Shown in pieces: positions 19,442 to 26,787 of a stretch of DNA of 64,000 nucleotides (position 1 is the stretch's first letter; every line of letters begins with the position of its first letter). Origin of the DNA: Candidatus Wildermuthbacteria bacterium. Its GTDB lineage: Bacteria; Patescibacteriota; Minisyncoccia; Minisyncoccales; UBA10102. Below the pieces are notes generated by a model. That model made no database searches. It saw nothing but the letters and a program-made list of their open reading frames with translations, and was not told the DNA's origin. Location of the stretch: the NCBI GenBank assembly GCA_016181405.1, contig JACOZJ010000002.1, positions 10,608-74,607 of the forward strand. The letters are read 5' to 3'. Both the position numbers and the translations under genes were made by a program.

Positions 19442-21956
19442 GGCATTTTTTGAACTTCTTTCCGGAGCCGCAGGGGCAGGGATCGTTGCGCCCCACCTTT
19501 TCACCAGCCGGAGCGCTGCTCTGCGGCGCGGAGGCGGACGCCAGCGGCGCCGAATTCGAAGTAGAACTGGCGGGGCTCGAATAGCTCACATTTTTAGTGG
19601 GAATCACGGGTTGCGGCTGCAGATGCGCGTTCATTAAAGAAGTCGCTATGTTCTCATCTATCGCGTCGAGCAGCTGGCGGAACATTCGATGCCCTTCATT
19701 TTTGTATTCGATAAGAGGATCCTGCTGGCCATACGCGCGCAGGCGCACCGACTCTCGCACATACTCCATGTTCTCCAAATGTCCTACCCACAGAGAATCA
19801 ATCGCGTGCAAAGCCACAATTTTTTCTGCTTGGCGCATGTTTTTCTCGCCGAGCTCCTGTTCTTTCTTTTCATACTCTTCTTTGGTAAAGCCTACCTTCC
19901 CTTCCTCAAGGGTCGCACTTTGGCGTTGAATAATATTCATAACATGCTCTTTGAGTTCTCCTTTTTGAGCTTTTCCCAAAATATCTCGACGGAGGCGATA
20001 TATCGCGTCTCTATGTTTATTCAACACATCGTCAAACTGCAACAAATGCTTCCGAGCGTCAAAATGGAAACCTTCTATCTTTGACTGCGCGGATTCCAGC
20101 GCCCCAGAAAGCATTCTGTTCTCAATAGGCTGATCTTCTGGCATATGAAGTTTTTCCATTAGCCCCTTGATTTTCTCGCCGCCGAACACCCGCATCAAAT
20201 CATCTTCCAAAGAAACGAAAAACTGCGTGGAGCCAGGATCGCCCTGCCTACCCGACCGCCCGCGAAGCTGGTTATCAATTCTCCGAGCTTCATGACGCTC
20301 TGTGCCTATTACATGCAACCCGCCCAATCCTTTTACTTTTGCCGCCTCCTCTTCGTCTTGCGGATTGCCGCCCAACACAATATCCACGCCGCGGCCCGCC
20401 ATGTTTGTTGCCACGGTTACGGCACCAAAACGCCCCGCCTGAGCGATAATTTGAGCTTCTTGCTCATGGTTTTTTGCATTGAGAACTTTGTGAGGAATCC
20501 CCTCTACCTCAAGCAATTTCCCCAGATATTCATTTTTCTGAATAGACACGGTGCCCACGAGCACAGGTTGCCCTTTCTCGTGCTTCTCTGCAATCTCTCG
20601 CGCCACTGCGCGAAACTTTCCTTGTTCTGATTTGTAAATGCGGTCCGGCAAATCTTGCCTGATCATTGGTTTGTTGGTAGGAATTTCTACAACCTCCAAG
20701 CCATATACTTTGTAAAATTCCTCCTCCGAAGTTAGAGCGGTTCCGGTCATGCCGGCTAATTTTTTGTACATCCGGAAATAGTTCTGGAATGTAATGGAAG
20801 CCAACGTAAGGGATTCGGGTTGCACCTGCACTCCTTCTTTTGCTTCCAGTGCCTGATGCAGTCCACCAGAATAGCGGCGCCCGGGAAGCAAACGGCCCGT
20901 GAATTCGTCGACAATCACTACCTGCCCCGAACGCACTACATAATCGCGATCGAGCTGAAACAAACCCTGCGCGCGCAACGCCTGCTCTAAATGATGAACA
21001 TATTTAATTCCTTTTTCTTGGTAAATATCCTCCACGCCCAAAAGCTTTTCCACTTTGTTGATCCCAGGATCGGTAATCGTTACTGCCTTGAGTTTTTCAT
21101 CAATTTCGTAATCCACATCCTTTTGCAGCTGCGGCGTGATTTTCGCAAAATCCCTGTACCATGAGGAGCTTTCTTCGTCGGGCGCAGAAATAATCAAAGG
21201 TGTTCTGGCTTCATCTATTAAGATGGAATCAACTTCGTCGATAATGGCCAAGTGATGCCCCCGTTGCACTTGTTGTTCCAAGTCATACACCATATTGTCG
21301 CGCAAAAAATCAAACCCGAATTCGTTGTTTGTACCGTATGTAATATCGGCCGCGTACGCCTCCTTTCTTGTACAAGGATGCAGGTACGAATCTTCCACGA
21401 GGAAACTCCCTTTTTCATCGCGCCGCTCGTCTTTTTCATCATTTGGCTCCTGGCGATAGTTAGCATCATATATATAAGAAGCTTCATGCGTAATACATCC
21501 AACCGAAAGCCCCAGGGCATCATAAATTTGCCCCATCCATACGGCGTCACGCTTTGCCAAATAATCATTTACCGTAACCACGTGCACGCCTTTCCCTTCC
21601 AGTGCGTTCAGGTACGCGGGAAGAGTAGCAACAAGCGTTTTCCCTTCACCCGTTTTCATCTCTGCAATTTTCCCTTCATGCAGCACCGCACCTCCGATTA
21701 TCTGTACGTCGAAATGACGCTGGCCTAGGGTACGCTTCGCGGATTCGCGAACAAGGGCAAAAGCTTCGGGGAGCAAATCTTGGAGTGAACTACCCCCGCC
21801 GATTTTTTCTTTGAGTCCCTCTGTTTTTGTTTTGAGTTCTCCTAAATCGAGTTTCTCAAGCTCAAGCTCCAAAGCATTCACCTGCGAAACAATTTCTTGT
21901 AGCGCCTTCACGGTCGAACCCTGTCCACCTTTGAAAATTTTGTTTAATACTCCCAT
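19431..21956 (-). CDS. secA: Protein translocase subunit SecA
   Basis: MKTGEGKT, DEVDSILIDEARTPLIIS, QLRGRSGRQGD, SEC-C motif CPCGSGKKFKKCH. Confidence 0.98.
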   Translation of the reverse strand: MGVLNKIFKGGQGSTVKALQEIVSQVNALELELEKLDLGELKTKTEGLKEKIGGGSSLQDLLPEAFALVRESAKRTLGQRHFDVQIIGGAVLHEGKIAEMKTGEGKTLVATLPAYLNALEGKGVHVVTVNDYLAKRDAVWMGQIYDALGLSVGCITHEASYIYDANYRQEPNDEKDERRDEKGSFLVEDSYLHPCTRKEAYAADITYGTNNEFGFDFLRDNMVYDLEQQVQRGHHLAIIDEVDSILIDEARTPLIISAPDEESSSWYRDFAKITPQLQKDVDYEIDEKLKAVTITDPGINKVEKLLGVEDIYQEKGIKYVHHLEQALRAQGLFQLDRDYVVRSGQVVIVDEFTGRLLPGRRYSGGLHQALEAKEGVQVQPESLTLASITFQNYFRMYKKLAGMTGTALTSEEEFYKVYGLEVVEIPTNKPMIRQDLPDRIYKSEQGKFRAVAREIAEKHEKGQPVLVGTVSIQKNEYLGKLLEVEGIPHKVLNAKNHEQEAQIIAQAGRFGAVTVATNMAGRGVDIVLGGNPQDEEEAAKVKGLGGLHVIGTERHEARRIDNQLRGRSGRQGDPGSTQFFVSLEDDLMRVFGGEKIKGLMEKLHMPEDQPIENRMLSGALESAQSKIEGFHFDARKHLLQFDDVLNKHRDAIYRLRRDILGKAQKGELKEHVMNIIQRQSATLEEGKVGFTKEEYEKKEQELGEKNMRQAEKIVALHAIDSLWVGHLENMEYVRESVRLRAYGQQDPLIEYKNEGHRMFRQLLDAIDENIATSLMNAHLQPQPVIPTKNVSYSSPASSTSNSAPLASASAPQSSAPAGEKVGRNDPCPCGSGKKFKKCHGG

Positions 21957-21992
21957 GATAGATTTAAACTATACCACATTTTGCTCCAAAAA

Positions 21993-22030
21993 CAAACCCG
22001 CCACATACCGTATGGTATGTGGCGAGGTTT
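21993..22030. terminator. Strong hairpin downstream of small basic ORF
   Basis: AAACC-CGCCACATACC-GTAT-GGTATGTGGCG-A-GGTTT. Confidence 0.8.
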
Positions 22031-22040
22031 GGAAAGAAAA

Positions 22041-22124
22041 CTATCTCTTCTTTCTGCGGCGGGTTGTCTTCTTCGTAGTCTTCTTCTTTGAAGAAGCAGC
22101 CTTTCTTCTTTTTTTTGCTGGCAT
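22041..22124 (-). CDS. 27-aa Lys/Arg-rich protamine/histone-H1-like peptide
   Basis: MPAKKRRKAASSKKKTTKKTTRRRKKR*; own -10 (TATAGT near 22193) and hairpin; below ORF-track cutoff. Confidence 0.7.
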   Translation of the reverse strand: MPAKKRRKAASSKKKTTKKTTRRRKKR

Positions 22125-22242
22125 TGGTTTTGAAAAAATTTTCCAGACTAGTTATGAATTGTTTTGCGATAGCACGACCTTCACAAAAAATTACTATACA
22201 AAACAAATCTTTATTTCATTTTTTCATTACCAACACACTCTG

Positions 22243-23196
22243 TCAATGTGGAAAAGTTATTTCTTCTTCCAAATCAATGCTGAACTTATTTTTTATTTCT
22301 TTTTTCACGCGTGCAATCAATTGCAATACATCATTTGCGGTTGCGTTGCCACGATTCACAATGTAGTTTGGATGCTTTTCTGAAATTTCAGCGTCTCCCA
22401 CCCGCATCCCCTGCAGCTTCGCGCGCACAATGAGCGCTGCCGCGGGAATTACCGGAAAAGGATCCGCCTTGATTACGTCTTTGAATTGCGCCTGAATCGT
22501 TTCGGGAGTTTCTTTGAGATCGCAATTTTTAAAAATACTTCCCGCGCTCGGATACTCCAGCGGATGTCGCTCTTTTCGATAGCGCATATGTTCTTTCGCG
22601 ACGGCCTGAATTTTTGCTTTGTTGCCTTTCCGCAGTTGCATTGTTGCGGCAAGAATAATATAACCTTTTTTCTTAAAGATAGATGAGCGATATGCAAATT
22701 GACATTCTCTCCTTGAAAATTTCCTGCGCCTACCCTCATGATCAAGCGCTTCCACGTCAACAACGGAATCTTTTGTCTCCCCTCCAAAAGCGCCCGCGTT
22801 TCCCCGAACTGCTCCGCCCAAAGTACCCGGCAACCCACCTGCCCACTCCAATTCCTGCAATCCCCGCTTCCCTGTTTCTCGTACCAACGTAGCCATTGGC
22901 ACGCCCGCCTCAGCCCAAACTTTTGTATCGCGTACCTTATATTTTGTATTCTGTATTTTAATAACGAGACCAGAAAAACCTTTATCTGGCATAAGCACGT
23001 TGCTCCCTCCCGCCAATACAAAAAACGGCAGCTTCAACGATCGCGCCACTTGCACCGCTTTTACGATTTGCGCGTTTGTTTTTGCCGCAAAAAAATACTT
23101 CGCCGGCCCGCCAATGTGAAATGTCGTATGGCTCTTTAAAAGCACATTCCGCCGCACTCCCGGAATCTGTTTCTTCAGCGCTGCAAATTCATTCAT
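22243..23196 (-). CDS. murB: UDP-N-acetylenolpyruvoylglucosamine reductase
   Basis: HTTFHIGGPA, GGSNVL, GNAGAFG, YPSAGSIFKN, SEKHPNYIVN. Confidence 0.95.
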   Translation of the reverse strand: MNEFAALKKQIPGVRRNVLLKSHTTFHIGGPAKYFFAAKTNAQIVKAVQVARSLKLPFFVLAGGSNVLMPDKGFSGLVIKIQNTKYKVRDTKVWAEAGVPMATLVRETGKRGLQELEWAGGLPGTLGGAVRGNAGAFGGETKDSVVDVEALDHEGRRRKFSRRECQFAYRSSIFKKKGYIILAATMQLRKGNKAKIQAVAKEHMRYRKERHPLEYPSAGSIFKNCDLKETPETIQAQFKDVIKADPFPVIPAAALIVRAKLQGMRVGDAEISEKHPNYIVNRGNATANDVLQLIARVKKEIKNKFSIDLEEEITFPH

Positions 23197-23341
23197 ACTA
23201 GTATTTTTACCAATCCCCTCGGCCGAATGCAAGGTTTCTTGCGCTATTGGCAAACATAGCACGCCTATGCTATAGTCAAAGCGGCAACTTAGACTCTCTC
23301 GAGCTGCCGGGTCGCATTCGGCAGCTTGTCATCTTATTAGT

Positions 23342-23419
23342 GCAGATGTAACTTCCTGGTACTCGCGGAAGTCACAGGGTTCATAACCCCCAGGTGCGGT
23401 TCGATTCCGCGCATCTGCA
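23342..23419 (+). tRNA. Atypical tRNA-like RNA, anticodon CAT (Met/Ile2-like)
   Basis: Acceptor GCAGATG/CATCTGC, T-arm TGCGG-TTCGATT-CCGCG, GGG-TTCATAA-CCC; enlarged D-arm; no encoded CCA. Confidence 0.7.
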
Positions 23420-23429
23420 CTAGGAAAAT

Positions 23430-23479
23430 AAAACGAGGCACGTACTTATCATACCGTACTACCCTCGTTTTTCTTTTTT
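23430..23479. terminator. Bidirectional terminator
   Basis: AAAACGAGG...CCTCGTTTT followed by T tract. Confidence 0.7.
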
Positions 23480-25163
23480 ATTTCTGTTTTAAGGACCAAA
23501 AGTAGAGACGGATGGCGCGAAGCTTGTCAAACGACAGACTGTACCCCTGCTTATCAAGATCTCTTTTAATAGGACTTAAATAATCAAAACCCTCTTCTAT
23601 GGATGCCAGAGCGATTTCAACGGCTTTCTGAATGTGCTTGGGCGGAGCAAGATAAGAGAAATCGAGCGGGACGCCTTCTTTGAGCAAATTCTCCGCGTGG
23701 CCAATAATAGTGCCTAGGGTAAGATTCCGCTCTTTCGCTGCCTGCTCAAGCCTCATTCCTTTTTGCAGCAGCAAAAGCGTTTGTTCTTTGGTCGGAACGC
23801 GCTCTGCCTTTTTTAATCTTCCTTTCTCCTGCGGAGAAACCGCATGAAGTGAACCTCCGCACAGCGCAATAAACTTTTCCTGCCTTTCTCGCATGACGTC
23901 TGAGGAAAGCTCCGCCAAACGCGCCTCGGCTCTGGAAGAATGCGTCCTGAAGGCTTCATCTTTGGAAGCCACGTATTCATCAACCAGCAAAGCTGTTTCA
24001 TTGAGCGCCCGAAGATACAAGCCTGTAAGCGCACGCACCCGAGAAAGCGCCACGTATCCTTGCCCCGGCACAAATGAACGGCCAAGATCGATATCGGCTT
24101 CGTCTAACGTCATGCCCTGGCTCTTGTGCACAGTAATCGCCCAAGCAAGCCTGAGCGGCACTTGCGTAATTTCAGCCAATACTTTTCCGTCTTCCTCGCG
24201 CCTCCAGCTAGCAGGAAACGCGCGGATCGTATCCCCCGCCCTTGTTCGCACCACAGGATACCCCCCTTCAAACCCCGCGATTCTGCCTTGCGTTCCGTTT
24301 ACGTATTGAAAATTCTGCTCATTTTTTACGAACATTACTTCGGCGTCTTTTTTTAAACGAAGGTACTCGGGCGCCAGGCATCCGCGTATAAGCTGCTCCA
24401 CATACTGTTTTCTCCCCGCAGTTTGCATATGGAATAATTCTTCTTTCCCTTTGAGCATTGTTAATTGTTCCTCATTCAGGGCGTCCACATCAACGTTATG
24501 CGTAAAGAGCCGGGTGATTTGCCGCTCTTCCGTCAGCGACAATCCTTGTCGATTTTTGAGCTTCTCCCGTACCTCTTGGGTAACCTGCCCTCGCCGAATA
24601 GCAGAGAGAATAGCATAAAATGCATTGTCTTCGTGGCGAAACTGCTGGGTAAGATAGCAGGTTACCGGAGAAAGTTGCCTCCAGGCTTCTGACTCAAACG
24701 CGTAGGATGGCCGAACTCCTTCCCTCGCAACAGGAGGAAGCTGGAAGAAATCACCAGAGCACACGACCTGCATACCGCCGAAAGGCATATCGTTTCTCTT
24801 CATATGTCGGCATACCTGATCTACCATATTAAAAAACTCACCCGAAAGCATAGATATTTCGTCTATGATTAACACGCGTGCGGACTCAAAACGCCGCCAC
24901 AAAGGCTTCTTTTGCTCCATTTGCTCCAATTCAAAAGAAGAAACGCGTTCTCTAATACCAATACCAGACCAGGAATGAATAGTCGTTCCTTCAATGTGCG
25001 TGGCGGCAATGCCGGTGGACGCGGTTATGGCAGGCTCAATACCGTGCTGCCTAAGCCAGGCAATAAAGATGTTGAGCACATATGTTTTCCCTGTGCCAGC
25101 CTCACCTGTCAGATACACGCTATGCCCCATTTTTAAAATATTCAGCGCTTCGTGTTGTGTCAT
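23478..25163 (-). CDS. PIF1/RecD-like SF1B helicase with C-terminal HTH
   Basis: GEAGTGKT, IIDEISM, GDFFQLPPV, AWAITVHKSQG, YVALSR. Confidence 0.92.
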   Translation of the reverse strand: MTQHEALNILKMGHSVYLTGEAGTGKTYVLNIFIAWLRQHGIEPAITASTGIAATHIEGTTIHSWSGIGIRERVSSFELEQMEQKKPLWRRFESARVLIIDEISMLSGEFFNMVDQVCRHMKRNDMPFGGMQVVCSGDFFQLPPVAREGVRPSYAFESEAWRQLSPVTCYLTQQFRHEDNAFYAILSAIRRGQVTQEVREKLKNRQGLSLTEERQITRLFTHNVDVDALNEEQLTMLKGKEELFHMQTAGRKQYVEQLIRGCLAPEYLRLKKDAEVMFVKNEQNFQYVNGTQGRIAGFEGGYPVVRTRAGDTIRAFPASWRREEDGKVLAEITQVPLRLAWAITVHKSQGMTLDEADIDLGRSFVPGQGYVALSRVRALTGLYLRALNETALLVDEYVASKDEAFRTHSSRAEARLAELSSDVMRERQEKFIALCGGSLHAVSPQEKGRLKKAERVPTKEQTLLLLQKGMRLEQAAKERNLTLGTIIGHAENLLKEGVPLDFSYLAPPKHIQKAVEIALASIEEGFDYLSPIKRDLDKQGYSLSFDKLRAIRLYFWSLKQK

Positions 25164-25183
25164 ATACGCAGGTTTATTCTAAA

Positions 25184-25279
25184 CCCGCCCCAGCTAAGCT
25201 GGGGCGGGGAAAATTCCTTATGAAACCGGGGCGGTAACCCCATGTTGTGAAACTTAATGAGTTCAGCCCCCGGTTTCAA
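25184..25279 (-). ncRNA. Candidate structured RNA 2 (long hairpin plus GC-rich hairpin)
   Basis: TGAAACCGGGG/CCCCGGTTTCA stem; CCCGCCCCAGC/GCTGGGGCGGG hairpin; upstream TGC-TATCAT. Confidence 0.45.
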
Positions 25280-25303
25280 CTCCTATGATAGCAGTATCTT
25301 TAT

Positions 25304-25385
25304 AAAAAGCAAAAGGCCTCACCTAGGGGAGGTCTTCTGCCGTTTCACGTCGGGGACGGACAACTTGCGTTGTACCGAACTCATT
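25304..25385 (-). ncRNA. Candidate small RNA 1 (or leaderless 21-aa ORF 25384-25319)
   Basis: Consensus promoter, ACAAC-GCAA-GTTGT GNRA hairpin, terminator hairpin with T5. Confidence 0.5.
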
Positions 25386-25390
25386 GCGCC

Positions 25391-25418
25391 ATTATACACT
25401 TTTAAAATAAATTGTCAA
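25391..25418 (-). promoter_or_regulatory. Consensus sigma70 promoter
   Basis: TTGACA-16-TATAAT. Confidence 0.85.
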
Positions 25419-25495
25419 TCCTGTAGTAGATTTTGGCCAGATTTCATCTATTTTTGTTTCGCATATGGCGAAACGGTCAAAAATTCACTACGGGG

Positions 25496-26752
25496 TCAAT
25501 CCCCTCTTTTCACAAAAAATATTTTGGCGAACACGCTTGCCTCCTGTACAGAAGGCACACTGTGCACAACGCCAATTTGATCTCTCCCCCGTACGCTATT
25601 TGCGGGTATCGAAACGGTAAGCGCTCTTGGTTCTGCCAACAGCAGGTTTTCTTTTGCGACTACCCGCACCGACAAGGTTCTAATCTTTCCTTCTCCAATC
25701 TGTACCGCCAAGCCCGGAAAGCTAAGGCGATAGCGATCATCCTCTACTGCCGTAAACGAACTTTCGGCAACTTCGATGGTTGCCACGGCCTGCGAACCAT
25801 CTCGAATTTCTACTGCAGAAAGAAAAAGCCAGGGCCTGTCTGTAAATTCAACATCAAGGCGTTCAATGACAATCGACGAATCTATCGCAGAAGCGCGAAA
25901 ACTCAATATATTCACGCCGCCTGCTCCCGATTGGGCCGTAGCCCCAGAAGGACTTCCTTGAATGGCAAGTGTGATAGCTCCCTCCTGCGCAAGATCCTCT
26001 AGAAAAGGGCTTCCCGCTTCGGGGATTGCGGGAGCTGCGGGCGGACACACCGCAGAAGCTTTTGCGCTTACTTCTTGAGAGAAGCTCCCCCATCCTCCCG
26101 CGTTTCCTGCCCGTACTTTGTAGGTATACGCCTTCCCTGCGCCAAGCCCTCGATCAACAAAAGAGAAGACACTGCCTCCGCCCACGCGCGTACTTCCGCG
26201 AAAAACCTCGTAGAACAGGGCTCCGGGGGAAGCACTCCATGTAACCTGCACATTCCCTCCGCAAATACCTTCCTGTGCCCATACAAATGGCGAGGCAGGA
26301 GGGCATTGGGAAGAAATGGTAATCGTTTTTACGGGAGAAACAGATCCGAGCCCTCCTGCATTTTTTGCCCGAACCGTATATGCATAGGTTGCCCCCGGCA
26401 CCAACCCAGTGTCGAGAAATTCCAAATTCTTGCCGCTGTACACCTCAAAGCCGTTCCGGTAGAGCACGTATCCGCTCGCGCCCGACACTCGATCCCACGT
26501 AACTTCAGCTTGCCCGCAATTGGAAATCGTAGGAGCCGCTGGAACAGATGGCTGCGCAAACCGTACAGCCAAAAGTTTTTGCTGCAGCTCAATAATAAGC
26601 TGAAGGAGCTGAACAATAATCGCCTGAAGTTCATTGATATGCTCTTGCTCAGTTACATCTTCGCTCTGCGCGAAAACAGGAGTCAAAACCGCCCCGAAAG
26701 CGAAAACAGAAATTAACAGCACAATCCCCAAGGCAAAAATAGTACCTTTCAT
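25496..26752 (-). CDS. Secreted/surface fibronectin type III repeat protein
   Basis: Signal peptide, coiled coil, repeated W..Y.LYR/VFR..F.D.GL..G..Y.Y.VRA.N.GG modules. Confidence 0.85.
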   Translation of the reverse strand: MKGTIFALGIVLLISVFAFGAVLTPVFAQSEDVTEQEHINELQAIIVQLLQLIIELQQKLLAVRFAQPSVPAAPTISNCGQAEVTWDRVSGASGYVLYRNGFEVYSGKNLEFLDTGLVPGATYAYTVRAKNAGGLGSVSPVKTITISSQCPPASPFVWAQEGICGGNVQVTWSASPGALFYEVFRGSTRVGGGSVFSFVDRGLGAGKAYTYKVRAGNAGGWGSFSQEVSAKASAVCPPAAPAIPEAGSPFLEDLAQEGAITLAIQGSPSGATAQSGAGGVNILSFRASAIDSSIVIERLDVEFTDRPWLFLSAVEIRDGSQAVATIEVAESSFTAVEDDRYRLSFPGLAVQIGEGKIRTLSVRVVAKENLLLAEPRALTVSIPANSVRGRDQIGVVHSVPSVQEASVFAKIFFVKRGD

Positions 26753-26787
26753 AGACTATAATATACCATAAATTATAGAGAAGTCAA

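Noticed and set aside
23342..23419. Reading as tRNA-Sec (TCA) or tmRNA
   Set aside because: The loop geometry centres CAT, there is no long variable arm, no G3-U70 pair and no tag ORF.
25340..25390. Hammerhead ribozyme (ATGAG...GAAAC resemblance)
   Set aside because: It lacks the CUGANGA core and matching stems I and III.
25392..25400. DnaA-box-like TTATACACT
   Set aside because: A single imperfect copy that coincides with the -10 box; no cluster.
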